NCBI GenBank assembly: GCA_965262915.1
Contig: OZ253564.1
Coordinates: forward strand, 2,976,001 to 3,040,000
From: Candidatus Spongiisociaceae bacterium
GTDB taxonomy: Bacteria > Actinomycetota > Acidimicrobiia > Spongiisociales > Spongiisociaceae
DNA: 64,000 nt
Direction of reading: 5' to 3'
The position numbers and the translations under genes are program-made. The notes beneath the pieces are model-generated. The model searched no databases and was not told the DNA's origin. It worked only from the letters and a program-made list of their open reading frames with translations. Shown one piece after another: positions 27,506 through 37,223 of the stretch; position 1 is the first letter of the stretch; the number at the start of each line of letters is the position of its first letter.

Positions 27506-29395
27506 CTACCGCACAGGCTGGGGTACCTCGTCGAGGTATTCGTAGAGGGTGGATCGCCGCCTGGGGATGCGGCCTATCCGGGTGATGAGCTCCTCGAAGT
27601 CGTCCGCCAGCACCTCCTGGCCGTGGGATGCCCCCGCCGCCCGAGAGATAGTCTCGTTCATCAGCGTGCCCCCGAGGTCGTTGCACCCGACGTCCAGCAA
27701 CCTCGCGCCGCCCTCGAGCCCCAGCTTCACCCAGGAAGCCTGGATGTTGGGAACCAGTCCGTCGAGGGCCAACCGGGCCACCGCGTGCACCAGCACCACC
27801 TCGTCCCACGTGGGACCCGGTCGGGCCTTCCCCCGCAGGTAGATCGGGGCCCCCATATGCACGAAGGGAAGCGGCACCAACTCCGTGAAGCCACCGGTCC
27901 GTCGCTGGATCCGGCGGATGACCTCCAGGTGGTTGGCCCATGAGGTGGGGTCGTCGATATGCCCGAACATGATGGTGGAGGTCGACCTGAGGCCCAGTTC
28001 GTGGGCGATCAGCATCACCTCGGCCCACTGAGCGGTTCTGATCTTGTCCGGGCACAGGTGCTTGCGCACCCGATCGTCGAGGATCTCGGCCGCGGTACCC
28101 GGCAGCGTTCCGAGGCCGGCATCTTTGAGCATCTCCAGGAACGCCCTGACCGTCATACCGAGCGTCTCGGCTCCCTGCCACACCTCGAGCGGCGTGAACC
28201 CGTGCACGTGCATCTCGGGAACCGCCTCCTTGATGGACGACAGCACATCCACGTAGAAGGCGCCCGTGAAGCGCGGATGGATACCCCCTTGGAGACACAC
28301 CTCGGTGGCGCCCCGCGCGGCGGCCTCGGTGGTGCGGTCGACGACCTCCTCGACGGTCATCAGGTAGGGGTCGCCGCGCAGGTTGAGGCTGCGGGGGCCC
28401 TTGGAGAAGGCGCAGAAGCCGCACCGGAAGTAGCACACGTTGGTGTAGTTGATGTTGCGGTTCACCACGTAGGTGACGGTGTCCCCCACCCGCTCCTTCC
28501 GGAGCACATCGGCGGCCGCGGCGACAGCATCCACGTCGTCGCCGCGCGACGAGAGTAATTCCGCCGTCTCCGCCACCGTCGGAGGGGTTCCCGCCAGCGA
28601 TGCCTCGATGATGGTCCGCACCCGGGGTGAGGCGCCTGCCAGGCCGGGTGACGTCCCCCCCGTCCACAGCGCATCGGGCCACGCCACCGAGATCCGATGG
28701 GGGTTGAGGGGAGGCTCGATCGGCATCCCCGGCGCCCACGAGTAACGAGGCCGGGCGTGGCCGCAGGCGTCGACCAGGTCGAGGTAGACCTTGAAGAGTT
28801 TCCGGGAGAAAGACTTCCGCGCCTCGTCGACCGAGACCCCTCCGGGAACCGCCACCCGTTCCACCAACCGGCCGGAGAGAGCATCGCGCAGGTCGCCGAT
28901 ACGCTCGGTATCCCAGTCGCGCAGCAGCAGGTCACCGGCTCCCGCCTCGACCGCGGCGGCGGCGTCGGCCACCGAGTCGACGAAGACCGAGACACGAGCG
29001 TCCATGGCAGGCAGGCCGCAGATGTCGGCCGCTTCGGCCACCCTGCTACGGCCTGTGCGGAGGAAGGCGGCCTCGGTACGGGCCAGGGCGTCGACCACCG
29101 CGGCCCGATCGGGAGTGTGGGCGACCGTGAGTCGCCAGCCGGGAATCCCGGCGTCGGACAGTTCCAGCGCCTCCCCCGGCTCCACGACCCAGGCCATCAC
29201 CCCCTCGCCGCTATGCCCGGCCGCCACCGGCAGGACGCCGCCTGCCAAGCAGGCCGCCACCGATTCCGGGTCGGGCCGGTCCAGTTCCAGCGCCGTGGTG
29301 CCCTCTGCGCGGCGGGTCGCTGCGGTCGGCTCGGTCACCCCGGCGGCCGGCCGCAGCCTCAAGAAAGTGATGTTCCCGATCACGTCTTCGGTCAT
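27506..29395 (-). CDS. cofH: FO synthase subunit CofH with long N-terminal extension
   Basis: NRNINYTNVCYFRCGFCAF, PGTAAEILDD, NIQASWVKLG, NDLGGTLMNETISRAAG; start overlaps cofG stop. Confidence 0.88.
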   Translation of the reverse strand: MTEDVIGNITFLRLRPAAGVTEPTAATRRAEGTTALELDRPDPESVAACLAGGVLPVAAGHSGEGVMAWVVEPGEALELSDAGIPGWRLTVAHTPDRAAVVDALARTEAAFLRTGRSRVAEAADICGLPAMDARVSVFVDSVADAAAAVEAGAGDLLLRDWDTERIGDLRDALSGRLVERVAVPGGVSVDEARKSFSRKLFKVYLDLVDACGHARPRYSWAPGMPIEPPLNPHRISVAWPDALWTGGTSPGLAGASPRVRTIIEASLAGTPPTVAETAELLSSRGDDVDAVAAAADVLRKERVGDTVTYVVNRNINYTNVCYFRCGFCAFSKGPRSLNLRGDPYLMTVEEVVDRTTEAAARGATEVCLQGGIHPRFTGAFYVDVLSSIKEAVPEMHVHGFTPLEVWQGAETLGMTVRAFLEMLKDAGLGTLPGTAAEILDDRVRKHLCPDKIRTAQWAEVMLIAHELGLRSTSTIMFGHIDDPTSWANHLEVIRRIQRRTGGFTELVPLPFVHMGAPIYLRGKARPGPTWDEVVLVHAVARLALDGLVPNIQASWVKLGLEGGARLLDVGCNDLGGTLMNETISRAAGASHGQEVLADDFEELITRIGRIPRRRSTLYEYLDEVPQPVR

Positions 29396-30531
29396 CGAAT
29401 GCCCTCCCGCTGAACGGGTACAGCGTACCCGCGCTCGTCGGATGCGTCGCGGACCCGTCCGATCAGGCCCGGATCGATCCATCTGTCGTCGATGTACTCC
29501 GGGTAGACCGGAAGTCGCGGAACCAACTCGAAGCCGCGGGTCTCGGTACGGGCTCGCAGTTCGTTCAAGTGAGGCCAGGGCGCCTCCGGGTTCACCCAGT
29601 CGATCGTGAGCGGGGAGACGCCGCCCCAGTCGTTGATCCCCGCGTCGAGATAGATCTCGTACGCCTCGGTGAGGTTCGGAGGTACCTGGAGGTTCATCTC
29701 CGGTCCGAGAAACCAGCGAGCCACCGCCACCACTCGAGCGAACCATGCAGGGATCGGCTCCGCAGAGCGGCGCATCCGTGTGTCAGCCTTGGCCCGGAAG
29801 TTCTGGACTATCACCTCCTGGATGTGGCCCAGCCGGGCTTGTACCTCGGCCAACGCCGCCAGGCTGTCCACGATCTCCGTGTTGGTCTCGCCGATGCCCA
29901 CCAGGATACCGGTGGTGAACGGGATCCGCAGCGCTCCGGCCGCCTCGATGGTGGCCATCCTGAGTCGGGGGTCCTTGTCGGGGCAGTTGTAGTGGGGCAT
30001 TCCGGGTTCCATCAGGCGCGGCGATATGTTCTCCAGCATCATCCCCATCGACACGTTGGTCGGACGGAGGGACTCCATCTCCCGAGCGGTCATGTAGCCG
30101 GGGTTGGCATGGGGGAAGAGCCCGGTGCCGACAACTATCTGCTCGCTCATGGCCGCCACGTATCCGATGGTGGTGACGTGACCCTGCGAGGCCAGGAAGT
30201 CCCTCGCCTGCGGCCACCGTTCCTCCGGCCGGTCCCCGAGAGTCAGCAGCGCCTCCCTGCACCCGACCTCATCACCTGCCCTGGCGATGGCCATGACGTC
30301 TTCGGGCGTGAGGTACTCGCCTCCGGCGCCGGGCGGTTTGGCGAACGTGCAGTAGGTGCAGACATCCCGGCACAGGGTGGTGAGCGGGATGAACACCTTG
30401 GGGCTGAACGTGACGGTTCGGCCCCGCCCCTCGTCTCGCAGGCGGCGGGCATGCTCGAACAGGGGCGAAAGATCGCGGGTGCCGTCTAGGTAGGCAACCG
30501 CCAGTTGTCGATCAGGGAGCGGGTGACCCAT
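29392..30531 (-). CDS. cofG: FO synthase subunit CofG
   Basis: VTFSPKVFIPLTTLCRDVCTYCTF, PFTTGILVGIGE, NDWGGVSP. Confidence 0.92.
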   Translation of the reverse strand: MGHPLPDRQLAVAYLDGTRDLSPLFEHARRLRDEGRGRTVTFSPKVFIPLTTLCRDVCTYCTFAKPPGAGGEYLTPEDVMAIARAGDEVGCREALLTLGDRPEERWPQARDFLASQGHVTTIGYVAAMSEQIVVGTGLFPHANPGYMTAREMESLRPTNVSMGMMLENISPRLMEPGMPHYNCPDKDPRLRMATIEAAGALRIPFTTGILVGIGETNTEIVDSLAALAEVQARLGHIQEVIVQNFRAKADTRMRRSAEPIPAWFARVVAVARWFLGPEMNLQVPPNLTEAYEIYLDAGINDWGGVSPLTIDWVNPEAPWPHLNELRARTETRGFELVPRLPVYPEYIDDRWIDPGLIGRVRDASDERGYAVPVQREGIR

Positions 30532-30808
30532 TGGGCTTAGGAATCTAACAGTGCCCGGGCGTCGAGCGGAACATCGCCGAGCAGTTGTCGGCGGTCGAGC
30601 CGTAGGGGAGTGTCCCGGCGGCTCGGCGAGATCGGAGCACGGAGGGTGCTCCGAGACGGGCGGATGGTTGGCCTGTCGTCCGCTGACGGGGGCTCTTCTT
30701 GCCGACCGTCGGGCCAACCGGGGTTCTTGAGCACCCTCCCAGGAGATCCGGTTGCCGGGTGATTCGTCCGGTCGCCGTGGATGCTCCACGGTTAGAGTTC
30801 GATCCGGT

Positions 30809-32425
30809 GTGAAGTACGATCCCGAGACTCTTCGCGACGATGCCTTCGGCGGGATGACGGCAGCCGTCGTTGCGCTGCCCCTCTCGATGGCGTTCGGCGT
30901 AGCGTCCGGCCTCGGCGCCATCGCCGGTCTGTACGGCGCCATCGCGGTGGGGTTCTTCGCGGCCGTCTTCGGGGGGACCCGAACCCAGATATCGGGCCCC
31001 ACCGCACCGCTGGCGGTGGCGATGTCGGTGGTCGTCACCAGCTACGCCGACAGCATCGAGGAAGCGCTCACGATCGCCGCCCTGGCCGGGGTGATACAGA
31101 TCCTCCTGGGTACTCTGCGACTCGGGAGCTTCGTGGCCTACACCCCCTATTCGGTGATCTCGGGGTTTACATCCGGAGTCGGCGCCATCATCATCCTGGT
31201 ACAGAGCTTGCCGTTCCTGGGCGCTCCCGTGGCGCTGGGGGGCCCGCTGGAATCGGTCCGCCGGTGGCCGGAGGTCGTGACCGGCATCAACCCCAGCGCG
31301 TTGACCCTGGCCGCGGCCACGGTGGCGGTGGGTGTCTTCTGGCCGGCCCGGCTGAGGAAGTTGCTTCCCCCCACAGTGGCGGCGCTGATCGTCGGAACGC
31401 TGCTAGGTATGTTCTGGTTGCAGGGAGCGCCGGTCATCGGCGAAGTGCCCACCGGCCTCCCCGGGATCCGACTGCCGGACTACTCCATAGACACGGTGCT
31501 GGGCGCTCTGCTGCCGGCGGTCACCATCGCGCTGATCGGCTCGATCAATAGCCTGTTGACCGCACTGATCGGCGATTCGATGACCGGCCAGGACCACGAC
31601 CCGAACCGGGAGTTGGTGGGGGTGGGCCTCGGCAACGTTCTCGCCGGCCTCATCGGGGCCGTTCCCGGCGCCGGGGCCACGACCGGTACGGTGGCCAACA
31701 TCCGGGCCGGGGGTCGGTCCAGGGTTTCAGGTATCCTCTGCGCCACGATCCTGCTGGCACTCGTTCTTGGCCTGGGGAGGTATATCGGCTCGGTTCCCCA
31801 TGCGGTGCTGGCGGGCATCCTGATGAAGATCGGGTTCGAAATCGTCGACTGGCGGTTCCTGAGCCGCTTCCGTCATGTGCAGCGCGAACAGTTCGTGGTG
31901 ATGATGCTGACGCTCGGTTTCACGGTCTTCGTCGATCTGGTGATCGCGGTGGCCGTCGGCCTGATCGCCGCGGCCATGGCCAGCGCCCGGCAGTTCGAGC
32001 GCCTGGAGCTGGACAGCGTGATCTCCGTCCCCTTGCTGGACGCGACCTTCCTCGGTGGTCCGGACGACTTCGGCGACTTCGATCCGTTCTCGGCGCGGGT
32101 CGGTCTGGTGTCGCTCAGGGGGACCTTCACGGCCGCCTCCTCCAAGAAGCTGATCACGACCATGAGGCTGGACATCCGGGAGCACGAGGTCGTCATCCTC
32201 GACTTCTCCAAGACCGTCTACATGGACGAGAGCGCCGCCCTGGTGGTGGAACGGATGATCGACGCCGCAATCTCGGACCGCACCGAGTGCATCGTCATGG
32301 GCCTGGCCGGTCTCCCGGCGACCAGCCTCCAGGGGCTCGACGTGTTGCGGCGGGTCCCCGAGGATCACTTCGTCGAGAACCTGGATGACGCCCGGGAGAT
32401 CGCACGGCGGCTCCTCGATGACTAG
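30809..32425 (+). CDS. SulP-family anion transporter with STAS domain
   Basis: AVVALPLSMAFGVASG, ISGPT, many TM segments, C-terminal VILDFSKTVYMD. Confidence 0.93.
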   Translation: MKYDPETLRDDAFGGMTAAVVALPLSMAFGVASGLGAIAGLYGAIAVGFFAAVFGGTRTQISGPTAPLAVAMSVVVTSYADSIEEALTIAALAGVIQILLGTLRLGSFVAYTPYSVISGFTSGVGAIIILVQSLPFLGAPVALGGPLESVRRWPEVVTGINPSALTLAAATVAVGVFWPARLRKLLPPTVAALIVGTLLGMFWLQGAPVIGEVPTGLPGIRLPDYSIDTVLGALLPAVTIALIGSINSLLTALIGDSMTGQDHDPNRELVGVGLGNVLAGLIGAVPGAGATTGTVANIRAGGRSRVSGILCATILLALVLGLGRYIGSVPHAVLAGILMKIGFEIVDWRFLSRFRHVQREQFVVMMLTLGFTVFVDLVIAVAVGLIAAAMASARQFERLELDSVISVPLLDATFLGGPDDFGDFDPFSARVGLVSLRGTFTAASSKKLITTMRLDIREHEVVILDFSKTVYMDESAALVVERMIDAAISDRTECIVMGLAGLPATSLQGLDVLRRVPEDHFVENLDDAREIARRLLDD

Positions 32426-32474
32426 ACGCTCCGCTTCGCCGGCGGGTTCCCGTCCCTGGGAAGATAGCCATCCG

Positions 32475-33440
32475 ATGGCCGGGGTAAGGGCTCTAACCAT
32501 CGCATCCGTCGCCGCGGCCGTGATGCTGGCCGGCTGCGGAGTCAGCGTAAGGGAGGCTGCGCCAACCGGCGGCACGTCCACTTCCGCTCGGCCTGCGGCT
32601 CCCGTGACCACGTCGCCCGCCACCACATCGGCTGTGACGACCACCCCCGTGACGACGTCGCCCGCCACCACGTCAGCCGTGACGACGCGACAGCAGGTCG
32701 CAGAGCCGGGCTGCGGGGCGCCCCCCGACGAGTTTCGATCCGAAGGCCGTTTGGGCGTGTTGGGGGACGCCGCATCGGGAGAACGGCGCATAGCACGGCT
32801 CTCGACCGAGGGTTCGGGCGCCTGCGAGCGGTTCGAGGTGATCCTGAACGGGCCCGAAGCCGCTCCGGCGGCCGTGCCGCCGGTTGCCGATGTGGAGTTG
32901 CTCTCCGCCGCCGGCGTGGTCCGGATCAGGTTCGGGCCGACGGTGACCGGGACGGAGGTCACCGATTCCGTTCTCGGCGGGCGTCTTGCGGAGCGGGCGT
33001 TCGTGGTGCGCGGCCTCGACGGAGGAATCTTCGTGGATGTCCATCTCTCGGCCGAGGTAGCCGCCCGTGCGTACCTCCGGGAGGACACGGGCGCATTGGT
33101 GGTCGAGCTCCGGGATCTGGGAGGGCCGGCGCCCGGGTTCCCGGTCGTCTCGCGGTTCGTCGTGGTGACCGGTCCGACGGGGCGGGTCGTCGACTACCCG
33201 CTGGCGGTCATGGGTTACGCCCGAACCTTCGAGGCGAACGTGATCGGAGAGTTCCGCACCGACGAGGGGCGTGAAATCGTGGCCGTGACCAGCGCCGCCG
33301 ACTACATTGAGATGTGGGGCGAGTTCCGCCTCGAGATCGAGGCGGGCCCCTCAGGGCGGGTCACCCTGTTCGTCGGTGACTACCCGCCGCTCGACGATGC
33401 CCCGCCGGAAGGGGTGGAGTTGGAGTTCGTGGCGGGCTGA
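32475..33440 (+). CDS. Lipoprotein with Thr-rich linker and C-terminal Gmad2-like Ig domain
   Basis: Lipobox MLAGC; PVTTSPATTSAVTT twice; VMGYARTFEANV...WGEF. Confidence 0.72.
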   Translation: MAGVRALTIASVAAAVMLAGCGVSVREAAPTGGTSTSARPAAPVTTSPATTSAVTTTPVTTSPATTSAVTTRQQVAEPGCGAPPDEFRSEGRLGVLGDAASGERRIARLSTEGSGACERFEVILNGPEAAPAAVPPVADVELLSAAGVVRIRFGPTVTGTEVTDSVLGGRLAERAFVVRGLDGGIFVDVHLSAEVAARAYLREDTGALVVELRDLGGPAPGFPVVSRFVVVTGPTGRVVDYPLAVMGYARTFEANVIGEFRTDEGREIVAVTSAADYIEMWGEFRLEIEAGPSGRVTLFVGDYPPLDDAPPEGVELEFVAG

Positions 33441-33948
33441 ACAGGCCCTCCGGTGGTTCGATGCGCACCCAGCCTCTCGCCGGATCGACTTCGGGTACCA
33501 GGGCCTCGACGAAGGGGACCTCGGCGGTGGAGCCGTCCGGGCGCGCTACCACCAGCCTGTCCTGGGGACCGAGGATCACGTCGTCGACGATCCCGATCGT
33601 CTCCGACCCGACTCGTACCTGCAAGCCGACCAAATCGTCCGGCCAGAACTCGCCGGGTTCGAGTTCCCGACGTTCCGCCGCCCGGATGCGCAACTCGGTT
33701 CCCACCAGCCGGGAGGCGCCATCGAGGGAGGTGATTCCCGCGAACTCTGCTATCAGACCGTTGGGACCGGGCCGAGCGGTGCGCAGCACCAGGATCCGTA
33801 CCTCCGCGTGGTTGGTGTGAAACGTCGCAGACGGTACGAAACGGTCCGGGTTGTCGGATTCGCTCAGCACACACACCTCACCCCGGATCCCGTGGGGGCG
33901 GGTGATCCGGCCCACCACCGCCATGTCACGCTCGGAATGCCCGACCAT
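33361..33948 (-). CDS. rimM: Ribosome maturation factor RimM
   Basis: VGRITRPHGIRGEV, EFWPDDLVGL, VPFVEALVPEVD; 3' end overlaps the convergent gene by 80 bp. Confidence 0.92.
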   Translation of the reverse strand: MVGHSERDMAVVGRITRPHGIRGEVCVLSESDNPDRFVPSATFHTNHAEVRILVLRTARPGPNGLIAEFAGITSLDGASRLVGTELRIRAAERRELEPGEFWPDDLVGLQVRVGSETIGIVDDVILGPQDRLVVARPDGSTAEVPFVEALVPEVDPARGWVRIEPPEGLFSPPRTPTPPLPAGHRRAAGSHRRTG

Positions 33949-34031
33949 CTCCTTACCTCCGAGCGCTGCGCCTGGGCCGAGTCGTGGACGACGACCCGGC
34001 ACGGGGCCATCCGGGAATCTGCCGCACCCTC

Positions 34032-34280
34032 CTAGTCGACGAACTCGACTCCTGAGGTCAGGCCTTCCTCTTCGGCGGCGGCCTGAGCGACCGACCGGAT
34101 GGCTCGGGCCACCCGGCCACCCCTTCCGATCACCCTGCCCATCTCCCCCGAAGCGGTCCTCACCTCGGCCACCACGTCGTCCTCGCCCCGCTCCACGATC
34201 GTCACCCGAACCGACTCCTGGTCGTCGACGATCGAGCACACGATGAAGCGGACCACCTTCTCAACGATCTGGCCGCTCAT
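34032..34280 (-). CDS. khpA: KH-domain RNA-binding protein
   Basis: [19 protein letters not shown], between rpsP and rimM. Confidence 0.9.
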   Translation of the reverse strand: MSGQIVEKVVRFIVCSIVDDQESVRVTIVERGEDDVVAEVRTASGEMGRVIGRGGRVARAIRSVAQAAAEEEGLTSGVEFVD

Positions 34281-34678
34281 GGCCGACCATCCGATCTGCC
34301 CGCGCCTGCTTCGACCGGGCGTTTCTCACCATCGGGATGGCCGGCGTCCGCTGATTCCCCGTCGGTGGACCCATCGGGGACCGGCATCGGGTCGTCGTCG
34401 AGACGGTAGACACCCGAACGCGAGACCTTGGGCCGCCGGACGGCGCCTGATATCTCGAGGAGTTTCCGGACCCGATCGGTGGGTTGGGCGCCGCTACCAA
34501 GCCAGTACTTGGCCCGCTCGTTGTCGATCACGATGATCGATGGGGCGGGACGCGGGTCGTAGCGACCGATCGACTCGATGATGCGGCCGTCCCGGGGCGC
34601 CCGAGCGTCGGCCACCACCACCCGGTAGGTGGGCTGCTTCTTCTTCCCCATTCGTTTGAGGCGGATCCTGACCGCCAT
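34277..34678 (-). CDS. rpsP: 30S ribosomal protein S16
   Basis: [34 protein letters not shown]. Confidence 0.97.
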   Translation of the reverse strand: MAVRIRLKRMGKKKQPTYRVVVADARAPRDGRIIESIGRYDPRPAPSIIVIDNERAKYWLGSGAQPTDRVRKLLEISGAVRRPKVSRSGVYRLDDDPMPVPDGSTDGESADAGHPDGEKRPVEAGAGRSDGRP

Positions 34679-34682
34679 AGCT

Positions 34683-36137
34683 TCACCTCTTCCTTTTCTT
34701 CTTCTTCTGGAGTTTCTTCGGTGTTCTGGGTCGTTTGCCGGTCGGCCGTGTCGTCGTTGCGGTTCTCCTCCCTCCGGGTCTCGACCTCGGCATACTGCCC
34801 GGAAGACCCGGGCCCGGCATTCCCGGCAACCCCGGGAAGCCCGGTAGTGGCTTCCCCTGCGAGAGGGACTTCATCATGTTCCGAACCTGGTCGAACTGCC
34901 GGAGCAGTCCCGACACATCCTGAACCGAGGTTCCCGACCCGCGAGCGACCCTACGCCTGCGGCTCCCGTTTATCACCTTGGGGCTGGCCCGCTCGGCCGG
35001 GGTCATCGAACGGATGATCGCCTCGGAGCGGCGGATCTCCCGATCTACCTCACGTGCGTCCGCCTGAGCGGAGCGGGCACCGGGAATCATACCAAGCACA
35101 TCGCCCACCGGCCCCATCTTACGCAGACCCCGGACCTGTTCGAGGAAGTCGTCGAGAGTGAACTCCGCTCGGAGTAACCGATCGGCCATCTCAGCGCTCT
35201 GCCTGCGGTCGAAGGCCTTCTCGGCCTTCTCGACCAGCGTCAGAACGTCCCCCATCCCGAGGATACGAGACGCCATGCGCTCGGGATGGAACACTTCGAG
35301 GTCTGCGGGACGCTCCCCCGTCCCGACCAGCTTGATGGGACACCCGGTCGCCTCCCGTACCGAGATAGCGGCTCCGCCCCGGGCGTCGCTGTCGAGCTTG
35401 GACACCAGGATGCCGGTCAGCTTGGTGTGGGCAAGGAAGCCCCTTGCCACGGATACGGACTCCTGGCCGGTCATCGCGTCCACCACCAGCAGGACTTCGT
35501 CGGGGTCGGTCACCCGGGTGATGGCGGCCAACTCCTTCATGAGGACCGAGTCGATCTGCAAACGTCCGGCGGTGTCCACCACGACCACGTCGAAACCTTG
35601 CTGGCGGGCGTGCCGGAGCGCGTTCCTGACGAGCGCCACAGCATTGTTGCGGCGGCCGGTGAAGACGGGTGTGTCCACCTGTTGGCCGAGCAACCGGAGT
35701 TGCTCCACCGCTCCCGGACGCACCAGATCGGCCGCCACCAGGAGGACACGCTTGCCGGACCGCTGGTGGAGGAGCGCCAGCTTGGCCGCCGAGGTGGTCT
35801 TGCCGGATCCCTGGAGGCCCACCATCAGGGTGACCAGCGGTTTGGTCCCGGCCCGTACCAGCGGGACCGCCTCGGACCCCAGCGTCTCGATGAGCGATTC
35901 GTGGACCACCTTGATCACCTGGTGGCCTGGTGTGACGCTCTTCAGCACCTCCGTGCCGATTGCTCTCGGGCGGATCCGATCGAGGAGATGTCGGACCACC
36001 TCGATGTTGACGTCGGCTTCCAGCAGCGCACGGCGGACATCGGCCAAGGCCGCGTCGACGTCGCTCTCGCTCAGGCGGCCGCGACCCCGGAGACGGTCGA
36101 ATACTCCCTCGAGGCGGCCGGTCAGCGACTCGAACAC
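34683..36137 (-). CDS. ffh: Signal recognition particle protein
   Basis: [24 protein letters not shown] domain INGSRRRR. Confidence 0.97.
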   Translation of the reverse strand: MFESLTGRLEGVFDRLRGRGRLSESDVDAALADVRRALLEADVNIEVVRHLLDRIRPRAIGTEVLKSVTPGHQVIKVVHESLIETLGSEAVPLVRAGTKPLVTLMVGLQGSGKTTSAAKLALLHQRSGKRVLLVAADLVRPGAVEQLRLLGQQVDTPVFTGRRNNAVALVRNALRHARQQGFDVVVVDTAGRLQIDSVLMKELAAITRVTDPDEVLLVVDAMTGQESVSVARGFLAHTKLTGILVSKLDSDARGGAAISVREATGCPIKLVGTGERPADLEVFHPERMASRILGMGDVLTLVEKAEKAFDRRQSAEMADRLLRAEFTLDDFLEQVRGLRKMGPVGDVLGMIPGARSAQADAREVDREIRRSEAIIRSMTPAERASPKVINGSRRRRVARGSGTSVQDVSGLLRQFDQVRNMMKSLSQGKPLPGFPGLPGMPGPGLPGSMPRSRPGGRRTATTTRPTGKRPRTPKKLQKKKKRKR

Positions 36138-36293
36138 GGTACGGGGCTCCTTTCACGAGATACATCAGTCGCCCTGACGTCCCCATGTTCCAAGGATCGG
36201 CGGCCTACCACAACTCGACGCCTTACCACCGCCGGGTGGGTACCCTCGCGTCGAAACCAACAGTCGGCGTAAGCGAGCAAACCGGGGGGGACC

Positions 36294-36914
36294 TTGGGAA
36301 TCACCGTCATCGACCATCCGCTCAGCCATCACTACCTGAGCATCCTCCGCAACTCGTCGACCCGTTCGGAGGAGTTCCGCGATACCACCCGGCGCCTCGC
36401 CTACATCCTGCTGATCGAGGCGACCGCACAGGAAGCGGTCGACGAGTACCGACTGGAGACTCCCCTTGCTCCCGCCACCGGATACAGGCTGGCCCGGCAG
36501 GTGGTTGCAGTTGCGGTACTCCGGGCGGGTCTCGGGCTGGTCGATGCGGTCCTGGACTTGATCCCTGATGTGGCCGTCGGATACGCCGGCGTCCAGCGGG
36601 ACGAGGAAACGGCCCTACCCATGGAGTACTACACGAAGTTCCCCGACATGGAAGGGCGTACCGTCCTGGTTCTCGAGCCGATGCTGGCGACCGGAGGATC
36701 GCTGTCATGGGCCGTGGAGCGGGTAAAGGAGGCCGGTGGCGCCGACATCACAGCCCTGTGCGTGGTGGCCGCACCCGAGGGCGTCGCGGTCATGGAGAGG
36801 AAGCACCCGAACGTGAGGGTGGTGACGGCCACCCTCGACTCCCATCTCAACGACAGATTCTTCATCGTGCCCGGCCTCGGTGATATGGGAGACCGGCTCT
36901 TCGGAACTCTGTGA
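36294..36914 (+). CDS. upp: Uracil phosphoribosyltransferase
   Basis: VLRAGLGL, PMLATGGS, IVPGLGDMGDRLFGT. Confidence 0.96.
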   Translation: MGITVIDHPLSHHYLSILRNSSTRSEEFRDTTRRLAYILLIEATAQEAVDEYRLETPLAPATGYRLARQVVAVAVLRAGLGLVDAVLDLIPDVAVGYAGVQRDEETALPMEYYTKFPDMEGRTVLVLEPMLATGGSLSWAVERVKEAGGADITALCVVAAPEGVAVMERKHPNVRVVTATLDSHLNDRFFIVPGLGDMGDRLFGTL

Positions 36915-37221
36915 GGATGACCTGGTAGAACGGGAACCCTCCGGGTTCGGAGACCGGGTACGCTTCGCCATCGGTAGTCTCGGGCCGGGCGAGGTGACCA
37001 CCTACGGCGAGATAGCCGCGCAGGTGGGGCGACCCGGCGCGGCCAGAGCGGTGGGTCGGGTGCTGGCCAACTCGGCGGGGCTCCCCTGGTGGCGGGTGGT
37101 CACGGTCGGGGGTCGTCTGGTGCCGGGGATGGAGGAGCAGCACGCGCGCCGCCTGGTTGCCGAAGGGATAGCCGTCTCCGGGAACCGGGTGGTCGGGTCG
37201 CGGTGCGGGACGGGAGGCTGA
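36880..37221 (+). CDS. Alkyltransferase-like (MGMT family) protein; start uncertain
   Basis: GEVTTYGEIA, ARAVG, PWWRVV (Trp in place of the catalytic Cys). Confidence 0.82.
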   Translation: MIWETGSSELCEDDLVEREPSGFGDRVRFAIGSLGPGEVTTYGEIAAQVGRPGAARAVGRVLANSAGLPWWRVVTVGGRLVPGMEEQHARRLVAEGIAVSGNRVVGSRCGTGG

Positions 37222-37223
37222 TC

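Noticed and set aside
32601-32690. 45-bp tandem repeat as an independent element
   Set aside because: Encodes an ordinary Thr/Pro-rich lipoprotein linker.
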